Assembly: GCA_018674305.1 (NCBI GenBank)
Contig: JABHAL010000004.1
Location: 192,446-256,445 of the forward strand
DNA from: Candidatus Falkowbacteria bacterium
Lineage (GTDB): Bacteria; Patescibacteriota; Patescibacteriia; UBA11705; JABHMO01
DNA length: 64,000 nucleotides
Direction: 5' to 3'
This document shows, piece after piece, positions 9,146 to 17,002 of the stretch. The position numbers and the translations under genes were made by a program. The first letter of the stretch is position 1; the number at the start of each line of letters is the position of its first letter. Below the pieces are notes generated by a model. It was not told the DNA's origin. It did no database searches and was given only the letters and a program-made list of their open reading frames with translations.

Positions 9146-9526
9146 TTAGTTGTTCTTATTGTCTTTGGTTTCGGTTGTTTCTGTCTTTTCTAAATCATCT
9201 TCAGCTGCTTCTTCTTCTTCTAGAACTCTTTTGATTTCAGCTTCACGAATTGATCGGCGACTTGGCTTTAGTCCAAGCTCCTTGATTAACTTATGGTAGC
9301 TAGCATCGTTTTCAATTTCTAGATAACGCAAAAGTCTTCTTCTTTCCCCTACTTTTTTCAGTAAACCACGTCTTGAGGAGTGGTCGTGTTTGTGTTGTTG
9401 CAAATGCTTTGTCAATTCTTTAATTTCTTCAGACAAAATAGCGATTTGCACTTCAGAGGAACCTGTGTCAGTGTCATGCGTCTTGAACTTGGTGATGATC
9501 TGTTGCTTTTTTCTTTGATTTAACAT
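9146..9526 (-). CDS. rpsO: 30S ribosomal protein S15 with acidic C-terminal extension
   Basis: TGSSEVQIAILSEEIKELTKHLQQHKHDHSSRRGLLKKVGERRRLLRYL matches S15. Start taken at the internal Met (MLNQRKK); the ORF-track start at 9592 is probably too far upstream. Confidence 0.85.
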   Translation of the reverse strand: MLNQRKKQQIITKFKTHDTDTGSSEVQIAILSEEIKELTKHLQQHKHDHSSRRGLLKKVGERRRLLRYLEIENDASYHKLIKELGLKPSRRSIREAEIKRVLEEEEAAEDDLEKTETTETKDNKNN

Positions 9527-9678
9527 ATTTTGCGAATTCCACAGCAGCGTCGAGTATTCTATGAATAAGCTTAACAACTGCCACAGAGTCATTTATTGCT
9601 GTAATTATACTATCACATAAATAAATATTTGGCAAGGCTTGCATAAAATCTTCTGGTGTCGTAAAATGTAATTAAGAT

Positions 9679-10542
9679 ATGGTTAACATCGATCAATTAA
9701 TTACTGAGTTTCTAGGTAATCTAGAAAAGCGAAAAAGAACACTACGTACAGTGCGTAACTATGACTTTTATTTGCGTAGATTTTCAGTTTGGCTTAAAGA
9801 AAAAAACATTTCATCTCCAGAAGACATTAATAAAGATTTAATCAAGAAGTATAAAACATATTTAAAGAGAATTAAAAATCCAATAAAAAAAATTAATCTT
9901 AAGGAGACTACTCAGAACTATCACTTGATTGCACTAAGAGAATTTCTGAAATTTTTATATAAAAAAAATGTTCTAACAATAGGATCTAAACAGGTTCATT
10001 TGCATAAAGTAAAATCAGTAAAGGTATCATCGTTAAAAAAAGACGAAATAGGAAAATTTTTAGAAGCACCACAACAAATACGTCAAGATGCTCTCATTTC
10101 CCATAGAGATAGGGCTGTTTTGGAGATTATGTTTTGCACTGGCGCGAAGGTTTCTGAAGTCGCAGACTTGGTAATTAAAGATGTCGACTTCAAAAAACAG
10201 CAAGTGATAGTTGCAAAAGGAAGGAAAAATGAACGTGTGATAGACCTGTCTAATCAAAGTGTTTATTGGGTATCTAAATATTTAAAAAGTAGAGGAGGAA
10301 CACTTCCCTATTTGTTTGTTGGCCACGATAGAGCTAAATCAAAACGAAAACAAAAACCGATCTCAGCAAGAAGCTTGGAGCGTATCGTTCTAAAATATGG
10401 AAAGGTCGCAGGTCTTGAAAAAAAAGTCACACCTCAAATTTTACGTAGTACTTATGCAACTAATTTGGTGAAGAAAGGCCTTGGTTTCCAGTCCATTAAA
10501 AATAAACTTGGTACAACGTCGGATGGTTTCTTGAATTTGTAA
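9679..10542 (+). CDS. Tyrosine recombinase (XerC/D/integrase family)-like protein, probably catalytically inactive or truncated
   Basis: 287 aa; N-terminal SAM-like core-binding domain; box I HRDRAVLEIMFCTGAKVSEV and AKGRKNERV present, but HxxR reads QILR and the ORF stops (…LGTTSDGFLNL*) before the expected catalytic Tyr. Confidence 0.6.
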   Translation: MVNIDQLITEFLGNLEKRKRTLRTVRNYDFYLRRFSVWLKEKNISSPEDINKDLIKKYKTYLKRIKNPIKKINLKETTQNYHLIALREFLKFLYKKNVLTIGSKQVHLHKVKSVKVSSLKKDEIGKFLEAPQQIRQDALISHRDRAVLEIMFCTGAKVSEVADLVIKDVDFKKQQVIVAKGRKNERVIDLSNQSVYWVSKYLKSRGGTLPYLFVGHDRAKSKRKQKPISARSLERIVLKYGKVAGLEKKVTPQILRSTYATNLVKKGLGFQSIKNKLGTTSDGFLNL

Positions 10543-10688
10543 ATTGTGGTTATTGTGTTATACTTAAATTCCGCAATGTATACTCTAATTTTGACAGGAG
10601 TTCCTCATGACATCTCCAGAGTTTACCGCCCGCCGTTGAATAACATAGTTATTTAACGGCGTCTTTTTTACTAAAATTACTGAATGAT

Positions 10689-10716
10689 TTGACATTTTAA
10701 CACTATTTGTTATAAT
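10689..10716 (+). promoter_or_regulatory. Consensus sigma70 promoter TTGACA-N16-TATAAT for tRNA-Arg
   Basis: ttgaca 10689-10694; tataat 10711-10716; tRNA starts 10731. Confidence 0.6.
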
Positions 10717-10730
10717 CTTCACATGAAATT

Positions 10731-10807
10731 GGCGCCAGTAGCTCAGTGGATAGAGCAACACCCTTCTAAGGTGAAGGCCGAAGGTTCGATTCCTTCCTGG
10801 CGCACCA
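10731..10807 (+). tRNA. tRNA-Arg (anticodon TCT), CCA encoded
   Basis: GGCGCCA acceptor stem, D-arm AGCTCAGTGGATAGAGC, anticodon loop CTTCTAA, T-arm GAAGGTTCGATTCCTTC, ends with ACCA. Confidence 0.9.
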
Positions 10808-11105
10808 TTCTTTGCCCTTCGACAGGCTCAAGGCTGCGAATGGCGCAGCCATTTAACTATTTATTAATCCGCAAGATCCGCGTTATATCCGTGGGATCCG
10901 AATTTTCACTATGAATAAAGCAAAAAAAGTTGCTCGAAAAAAGCAACAAAAAAAACGAGGAAAAAACGTAGTTGTTCGACACAGATAATAGGTAATGCAA
11001 CGCCTATTATTTAGTTTTTTGTCGATGCTTAAATATTTTACGACACATTTTGTTGCTTAATTTTATTTGATATTGTGTATTTGGTATTAAATGTTTGCTT
11101 ATGAA

Positions 11106-11121
11106 TGTTCCACGTGGAACA
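11106..11121. promoter_or_regulatory. parS centromere-like site (TGTTCCACGTGGAACA)
   Basis: Perfect 16-bp palindrome matching the parS consensus tGTTnCACGTGnAACa; an identical copy lies at 12133-12148. Confidence 0.75.
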
Positions 11122-11129
11122 TTTAGCAT

Positions 11130-11205
11130 GTCCCGATAGTTCAGCTGGATAGAACACATCCCTCCTAAGGATGGGACCCAGGTTCAAGTCCTGGTCGGGA
11201 CACCA
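11130..11205 (+). tRNA. tRNA-Arg (anticodon CCT), CCA encoded
   Basis: GTCCCGA acceptor stem, anticodon loop CTCCTAA, T-arm CAGGTTCAAGTCCTGG, 3' end TCGGGACACCA. Confidence 0.9.
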
Positions 11206-11555
11206 TAAAAGTTGATTTTTTATAGTGACATATTTAGTTGATATGTTGATATTGAAAGTCAATTTTTTTGTATGAATATGAGTATTTAGGTAATGTAGTT
11301 GATATTTCTGATAACTTATATGATTGAATTATTGTAAATATTTAGATTCTAGAACATAAAATTCATAATGAATTGATCGAGTTTGTATAAATGTTCATGA
11401 ATTCACAAAAAATGTATATTAATGTGTATAACCTGTTGAAAAGTGGGCTTATTGGCTGTGTTTGTCCACACTAGTGTATGCAAATGCGATTAATCTTGAC
11501 AAATCCTAATTTGTTTGTTATATTTAGCAGTTAATATATAATGTGGAGGGAAATA

Positions 11556-12086
11556 ATGATTAACAGGCTCATTTACAAAGAATATGACCAGGATCAAATC
11601 GTCGGAATGTTGGCGAGACTACTTGGTGTAGCTGTCCTTTTCTCTATAGTGATAGCAATATTTGGCCATCTTGGCGTTCTGGTTCAAGACGTTGAAGCAG
11701 TTAGTCCAAATAGGTATGCAATTTTTGATACTAAATTCGCGCCAGTTTTGGTATTATTTTCTGCCTTGTTTGAAGAAATAATATTCAGATTCTTTCCAGT
11801 TTTTCTTTTAGTCATATGTTTCAGTTTTCGTACCAAAAAGCACTTATTTGTTGCTCAACTCGTTGTTTTAATGATTGCAAGTGTGGTGTTTGGATATGCT
11901 CACGGAGGATTTAGGCACATATTTACTCAGGGTGTGCTTGGAATGTTGATGTCATTGGTATTTATTTTGTCCGGAGGAAAGGATAAGAAATTTTCCAGGG
12001 CATTGTTCTTTAGTACACTTTTCCATTTTGCATATAATCTCATAATATTTTGTACACTTGCAGGCTTGTGCTACGTTTCAGGATGA
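11556..12086 (+). CDS. CPBP family intramembrane metalloprotease (CAAX protease/Abi-like)
   Basis: Multi-TM; EEIIFRFF (EExxxR) and HGGFRH motifs; RBS GGAGGG upstream of the ATG at 11556. Confidence 0.65.
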   Translation: MINRLIYKEYDQDQIVGMLARLLGVAVLFSIVIAIFGHLGVLVQDVEAVSPNRYAIFDTKFAPVLVLFSALFEEIIFRFFPVFLLVICFSFRTKKHLFVAQLVVLMIASVVFGYAHGGFRHIFTQGVLGMLMSLVFILSGGKDKKFSRALFFSTLFHFAYNLIIFCTLAGLCYVSG

Positions 12087-12132
12087 AATAACAAGGGGGT
12101 AGTCAATGATTGCCCCTTTTTATTTTGAGAAA

Positions 12133-12148
12133 TGTTCCACGTGGAACA
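12133..12148. promoter_or_regulatory. parS centromere-like site, second copy (TGTTCCACGTGGAACA)
   Basis: Identical to the 11106-11121 copy, 1027 bp away. Confidence 0.75.
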
Positions 12149-12303
12149 ATCTTATACAAATATCTAATGCAAAATATCAAATGCATAATAAAATTAGAGT
12201 ATAAAATGCGTCGTAAAATATTTGGTCAAATGCATGTATATTGCAAAATTCAATCCACATGATAGACTATTATTACAATTAGATATGTTGTTAAGGGGGA
12301 AAA

Positions 12304-12519
12304 GTGGAGACGATCAAAAAGAATCGTAATGACTTGTTTGAATTAATGAGACGAATGGAAGTATTTACTGCGCAGACGCTTATTCAGGAGTTTTCAAAAA
12401 ATCGTGCATCACTGCAAGTTGATACTCGTCAGACAATCAAGGGCTTACTTGAAGAACTGTGCTCTATCGGAGCACTTCATAGACAGAATGATATGTACAT
12501 GTTTCCCCAGTTAGTCTGA
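12304..12519 (+). CDS. Small hypothetical protein (possible winged-helix)
   Basis: 71 aa; GTG start with G-rich RBS; followed by terminator hairpin at 12529-12557. Confidence 0.4.
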   Translation: METIKKNRNDLFELMRRMEVFTAQTLIQEFSKNRASLQVDTRQTIKGLLEELCSIGALHRQNDMYMFPQLV

Positions 12520-12528
12520 AAAGAATCA

Positions 12529-12590
12529 AACCACTCTTCGTAAGGGTGGTTTTTTATTTTAAAATAAAAAAACCGCGAGTGGCGGTTAAT
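12529..12590. terminator. Back-to-back terminators for convergent genes
   Basis: aaccactcttcgtaagggtggtt+tttttt (plus strand) and aaaaaaa+aaccgcgagtggcggtt (serves minus-strand gene 12603..12866). Confidence 0.55.
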
Positions 12591-12602
12591 TTTGGTAGTT
12601 TG

Positions 12603-12866
12603 CTACCAGAAGATCCATTTTTCTTTTCTTCCAATAAGGATAGTTGGGATAATCATTACTGTGGCGGCTATTGTAAAAAGGGGATGCGCAACGTCAGAAC
12701 AAACTCCAATTACCCAGCCTGAGATACAACAGGCAAAACAGCATATGGCAAAAAATTGATCGATGTTAGTGAATTTATCAGCAAATTTATAGCGTAGAAT
12801 AAGAGCAGTCCAGATGATTGCACCTAGACCTAAAAGAACAGTTGCCAAAAGAGCGATGATCGGCAT
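12603..12866 (-). CDS. Small integral membrane protein, hypothetical
   Basis: 87 aa; three predicted TM helices. Confidence 0.45.
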   Translation of the reverse strand: MPIIALLATVLLGLGAIIWTALILRYKFADKFTNIDQFFAICCFACCISGWVIGVCSDVAHPLFTIAATVMIIPTILIGRKEKWIFW

Positions 12867-12881
12867 TTTTCCACCTCATTG

Positions 12882-13103
12882 TTAGATATCTAGATCAACA
12901 ACTTTGTTTTTGTTACTTAGTCCCTTGATTATTTTAATGCTAGATTTGGGTATCTTATAATGGTTACTCAAAAGGTCAACTAAAGCTTTGTTAGCTTTGC
13001 CTTTTTCTGGAACTGCCGTTGTTAAAACGTGAAGAAATTTTCTTTTGATTTCAATAACTTCATTGCGGGACGCTTTGGTAGTGATTTTGATATTGATTTG
13101 CAT
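12882..13103 (-). CDS. DUF167/YggU family protein
   Basis: 73 aa; GKANKALVDLLSNHYKIPKSSIKIIKGLSNKNKVV matches the YggU signature. Confidence 0.65.
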   Translation of the reverse strand: MQINIKITTKASRNEVIEIKRKFLHVLTTAVPEKGKANKALVDLLSNHYKIPKSSIKIIKGLSNKNKVVDLDI

Positions 13104-13222
13104 AGGATAATACTAATATATTAATGTATATGATTTGCATCATTCATATTATATATGATTGTTGTAAAAAAAAGAAGTCGGAACAATGTCCAGACTTCTG
13201 CGATTGGTTAACAGGAAACAAC

Positions 13223-13363
13223 TCAATAAAATTCCATTGGATCGTCGATCTTGTTTCGAACATGACTAAAGCTTTGATTGGTGTCAGTTTGTGAGCGGTC
13301 AACTAAAGTGCCAAGCACAAAACCCATAAAGAAACAGATAGCTCCGCCAATTAAAAATTCCAT
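13223..13363 (-). CDS. Possible small membrane peptide (46 aa), not in ORF track
   Basis: MEFLIGGAICFFMGFVLGTLVDRSQTDTNQSFSHVRNKIDDPMEFY; GGAGG 8 nt upstream of the ATG. Confidence 0.3.
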   Translation of the reverse strand: MEFLIGGAICFFMGFVLGTLVDRSQTDTNQSFSHVRNKIDDPMEFY

Positions 13364-13407
13364 TTGAAGGCCTCCATTGGTTTATTGTTCGTACTTCGTA
13401 TCTTATT

Positions 13408-14013
13408 TTATTCAAACAAACTCACATCGCCTTTACCTTTTCTAATAACGATTGGTTCATCGCCGGTTAAATCAATGACGCTTGAAGGAGCATTCTCTAA
13501 AATGCCTGCATCAATAATTAAGTCAACCTGATCACCAAAGTGTTTTTCAATATCTAAAGGATCAGAAAAGTGAGGAGCATGAACTAGGTTAACACTGGTT
13601 GTTACAATTGGGTGACCAAGGTTCTTTATGATATCTAAACAAACAGCATTATCAGGGATTCGAATGGCGACTGTTTTTTTATTTGGGATTAAATCTTTAG
13701 GAACCATTTTTGTAGCTTTAAAAATGAAAGTATAGGGACCTGGTAAAAGTCGTTTCATAATTCGGTAAGCATAGTCTGAAACAATTGCGTATTTAGAAAT
13801 ATCAGTTAAGTCTGGGCAAATAAAACTAAAGCCTGTAGCTTTTTTCTTTTTTATTTTATAAATGCGTTCTACTGCTTCTTTACAAAAAATATTACAACCG
13901 AAACCATAGATAGTATCAGTTGGATATACAATAACGCCACAGTTTTTTAAAATATCAACTGCTTGTTTAATTTTTGGGTATTCTGGGGTTTGGTTGTTTA
14001 TTTCTATAAGCAT
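13408..14013 (-). CDS. tsaC: L-threonylcarbamoyladenylate synthase (TsaC/YrdC/Sua5 family)
   Basis: YPTDTIYGFGCN motif; start set at first ATG (MLIEIN...). The ORF-track start at 14058 is a TTG inside a hairpin. Confidence 0.8.
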   Translation of the reverse strand: MLIEINNQTPEYPKIKQAVDILKNCGVIVYPTDTIYGFGCNIFCKEAVERIYKIKKKKATGFSFICPDLTDISKYAIVSDYAYRIMKRLLPGPYTFIFKATKMVPKDLIPNKKTVAIRIPDNAVCLDIIKNLGHPIVTTSVNLVHAPHFSDPLDIEKHFGDQVDLIIDAGILENAPSSVIDLTGDEPIVIRKGKGDVSLFE

Positions 14014-14193
14014 ATTTGGGATTACTAGATTTACCACAAAGTGGTCACTTCGTGACAAGATAACATACTATGAACTATAACGCCTGTCCTGTACTCATGC
14101 GTAGCAAGTAGTACAGGGACTTGAAGCGTTAAGTACATGGCAAGCAAGATATTACGAGATGATAAAATCTATTTTTAAGAAGATCTTGCAAGT

Positions 14194-14222
14194 ATTGACA
14201 AAAGTTAAAAAGTGTGCTATAA
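14194..14222 (+). promoter_or_regulatory. Consensus promoter TTGACA-N17-TATAAT
   Basis: ttgaca 14194-14199; tataat 14217-14222. Confidence 0.6.
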
Positions 14223-14253
14223 TTATAAGATTAATTTAACAATGGAGGCCATC

Positions 14254-14673
14254 ATGTTTGAAGGATTTGCTTTTTTTGTTTGTGTCTTGGGAGTGCTGGT
14301 GTTGGTAGCCACTGTGATTATGAGTCATGGTGGTGAAGGGATTAACTGGACTTCTGGAATCGCTGCTTTGATTTTTTTGGTGGCAGCTGCTTACTTTTTC
14401 AAAAGCGCTGAAGTCTCAGCTCAACTCAGTCATGTTGCAAATAACTTCGAAGCAGCGGCTGAAACCAATTGTCGGCCGGCCAAGAGTGATGAGTTTAAGG
14501 TCTTAAATTGCTCCAGTGTTTTGGATAAGATTATGGAAACACGAAATAAAATCTTATCTGAAAATTCTTGTTTGAGAGTCGGTTCTCGTTGGTGGGTGAG
14601 ACAGCCCAATGGCGGTGGTGGTGTAGTTGTGAACAACACCAGCCATCCGATTTGCGCACCTTGGCCATTCTGA
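14254..14673 (+). CDS. Hypothetical membrane protein (2 TM) with C-terminal soluble domain
   Basis: Start at MFEGF with GGAGG 5 nt upstream; the ORF-track start at 14212 lies inside the promoter. Confidence 0.5.
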   Translation: MFEGFAFFVCVLGVLVLVATVIMSHGGEGINWTSGIAALIFLVAAAYFFKSAEVSAQLSHVANNFEAAAETNCRPAKSDEFKVLNCSSVLDKIMETRNKILSENSCLRVGSRWWVRQPNGGGGVVVNNTSHPICAPWPF

Positions 14674-14715
14674 GAAACATGTCCCGTTCAACAAACTTGT
14701 TGGGCGGGATTTTTT

Positions 14716-15213
14716 TTATATTTGTTCGACAAGTTTTAAATCTAAAGTTTTCTTTTCATAATCATAAACTGCAAAAGTTGCTTTTTGAAACATTCCAGCA
14801 AGGGTTCCTGGATTAACAATAAATTTTCCTTCAACTTTATCCATCCAGGGCTTGTGATTGTGACCGTAAAAAACAATATCGTATTTTTGAGTTTTGGCTA
14901 GCTCGATAGCTTTTTCAGGATAATGGGTGACTGCCATTTTCATTTCCTTAACCTCTATTTCAAGTTCATCATCTTTTAGTATTATATCATGTTTTGTTGC
15001 AAACTTTTGCATAGTTTCATCATCAGCATGAACGTTCCCATATACTCCGTATATTTTACCCTTAAAATTTTCTCGAAAAAATTCCAAAACACTTGGTGCG
15101 CACCAGTCACCGCAATGAATTATGGTTTCAATTTCTTGATCATTACAATAATGTAAAAATCTGGAAATGTTTACTAGATTGTCGTGGGAATCTGAGCAGA
15201 TAGCTATTTTCAT
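14716..15213 (-). CDS. Metallophosphoesterase, YfcE/MJ0936 family
   Basis: MKIAICSDSHDN...HCGDW...GNVHADD...GHNHKP motifs. Confidence 0.8.
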   Translation of the reverse strand: MKIAICSDSHDNLVNISRFLHYCNDQEIETIIHCGDWCAPSVLEFFRENFKGKIYGVYGNVHADDETMQKFATKHDIILKDDELEIEVKEMKMAVTHYPEKAIELAKTQKYDIVFYGHNHKPWMDKVEGKFIVNPGTLAGMFQKATFAVYDYEKKTLDLKLVEQI

Positions 15214-15257
15214 ATTGGTTTTACAAGATCAATTAAAGATGAAGGAAAGAATAGAAA

Positions 15258-15893
15258 TTATTTTTTTCGTTCCGGTACGTCTGCTACAATCCTATCCCAA
15301 ATTTCCTTGAGTTCATCCAAAGTAAGTTTTTCATCAGAAGAAAATGTTATTGAGTTTGGTTCGATTTTTATTTCTGCCTTTTTGCTTTCTAACCAGGTTA
15401 TTAATTCGTCTGAGGGTTTGTAATTTGACAATTGTTCAGAATTAAAACCAATGATTTGTCTATTATCACCACCAAAACCTGATTCAAAAGAAATGTAACC
15501 CTTGTTTGATAAAGTAATTACAGCTTGTCGAACCTGTGGTTCAATATATTCAAGGTAAACGCCCTCAATCTGATTTGGTGTTTTATTATCAGCGATTTGT
15601 TTTTCAATGTCTGTAAATTCTGGGTTAGTTTGTTTTCTTTTTTCAGCCTCCTCGAAGCATTGTTGAACAGTTTGATGACGAAGCCGTTCATAGTGTAAAA
15701 ACAATTCAAATCTTTCAGGCGAAATCTTATGAAACTGTCTTAGATTTTCACGTTCTTCATCTGTTCCTTCAAGGACTATTCTACGAACAACTTCTTCATT
15801 ATACAGATCATTATACTCTTCTGTGCCTTTAAATCTTTTCTTGTGAAGTTCAGTGAGAGTTTCTTTTTTAGGTTGTGGTTTATCAAAAGTCAT
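15258..15893 (-). CDS. Hypothetical protein
   Basis: 211 aa, no recognisable motif; 2 nt from nfo. Confidence 0.5.
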   Translation of the reverse strand: MTFDKPQPKKETLTELHKKRFKGTEEYNDLYNEEVVRRIVLEGTDEERENLRQFHKISPERFELFLHYERLRHQTVQQCFEEAEKRKQTNPEFTDIEKQIADNKTPNQIEGVYLEYIEPQVRQAVITLSNKGYISFESGFGGDNRQIIGFNSEQLSNYKPSDELITWLESKKAEIKIEPNSITFSSDEKLTLDELKEIWDRIVADVPERKK

Positions 15894-15894
15894 A

Positions 15895-16725
15895 TTATTT
15901 CCTTAATTTTTTCAATAAATTCAAGCTTGGTATATTGTCTTCAACAACATCATGTGTTTCTAGTACGGCATCAACCTTTTTAAGTTTGGGGTGGTTGATG
16001 ATGAGGTCAAATGCTGTTTTTCCAATAAAACCTTTGCCAATGTTTTCGTGCCGATCTCGTTTTGATCCTAGCTCAGTTTTTGAATCATTAAAGTGGAACA
16101 ATTTAAGCTTATCTAATCCAATATATTTGTCAAATTCTTTAAGAGTTTTATTTAAGGCAAGCTTAGTTCGAATATCATAACCAGATGCAAAGCCGTGGCA
16201 GGTGTCATAACAGATTCCAACTTTATTTGAACTCACACCTTTCATGATTTTGCCTAATTCATCTATCTCATCACCAATAATTTGGCCAGAACCAGCCGAG
16301 TTTTCTAAAAGTAGAATAGTAGTGCCTTTGTAACTTTTTAAAATTTCTTTAATACCCTTGATCACAAGTTGTTGAGCTTTTGATTCTGAGTAATCTTTAG
16401 CACTTCCGAGGTGGGTCATTACATATTTGGCGCCTAACCTTGATCCAACTTCAAGTTCATCGCGAATTGCAGTGATTGAACCGTGACGAATTCGGTCATT
16501 TGAAGAAGCTAAGTTAATGTAGTATGGAGTGTGAATATAGTACTCCGTAAAGCCAAATTTTTCACAATTAGATTTGAATTTCTCGATTGTTTCTTTTGTA
16601 TAAGTTGGTTTACCTCCACGTGGACTTCGTGAGAAAAACTGAAAAACCTCACATCCTTTTTTGTGAGCATTAATTGGTGCGTTTTGTATACCGCCAGCTA
16701 TTGAGACGTGTACTCCGAATTTCAT
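15895..16725 (-). CDS. nfo: Endonuclease IV (AP endonuclease family 2)
   Basis: MKFGVHVSIAGG ... HTPYYINLAS ... CYDTCH metal-ligand motifs. Confidence 0.9.
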   Translation of the reverse strand: MKFGVHVSIAGGIQNAPINAHKKGCEVFQFFSRSPRGGKPTYTKETIEKFKSNCEKFGFTEYYIHTPYYINLASSNDRIRHGSITAIRDELEVGSRLGAKYVMTHLGSAKDYSESKAQQLVIKGIKEILKSYKGTTILLLENSAGSGQIIGDEIDELGKIMKGVSSNKVGICYDTCHGFASGYDIRTKLALNKTLKEFDKYIGLDKLKLFHFNDSKTELGSKRDRHENIGKGFIGKTAFDLIINHPKLKKVDAVLETHDVVEDNIPSLNLLKKLRK

Positions 16726-16811
16726 AATATTTATTTGATAGAGTTTATTGTTAAAGATATTACAATAGTTGATCTAAAGTATTCGATATGTATCGAACAA
16801 TCTAGGCGCGT

Positions 16812-16900
16812 TGAGATTCCGGATCAAGTCCGGAATGACGACCTGGGGCGGTTCGACACAATATCTCTCAAATGTCACTCCGGACTTGATCCGGAGTCTC
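16812..16900. repeat. REP-like double-hairpin intergenic repeat, copy 2
   Basis: gattccggatcaagtccggaatgac ... gtcactccggacttgatccggagtc; same family as 2268-2338. Confidence 0.6.
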
Positions 16901-17002
16901 GTGATCGCTTATAATAATTAACGTTATTAACTAATTAAGTATAACAAAAATAGCCCAAAAGGACTATTTTTTGAAATATTTCAATAGACTAATCTCTAAT
17001 TC

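Noticed and set aside
10723-11262. ORFs 10723..10914 (+) and 11038..11262 (-)
   Set aside because: They overlap tRNA-Arg(TCT) and tRNA-Arg(CCT) respectively and have no RBS; spurious.
9679-12519. Calling a complete genomic island or prophage around the integrase-like gene
   Set aside because: No phage structural or cargo genes and no flanking att duplication were found; only the degenerate recombinase and tRNAs support it.
16708-16914. 68-aa ORF
   Set aside because: Entirely encoded by the REP-like double-hairpin repeat between nfo and tig; the same repeat at 2268-2338 is non-coding.
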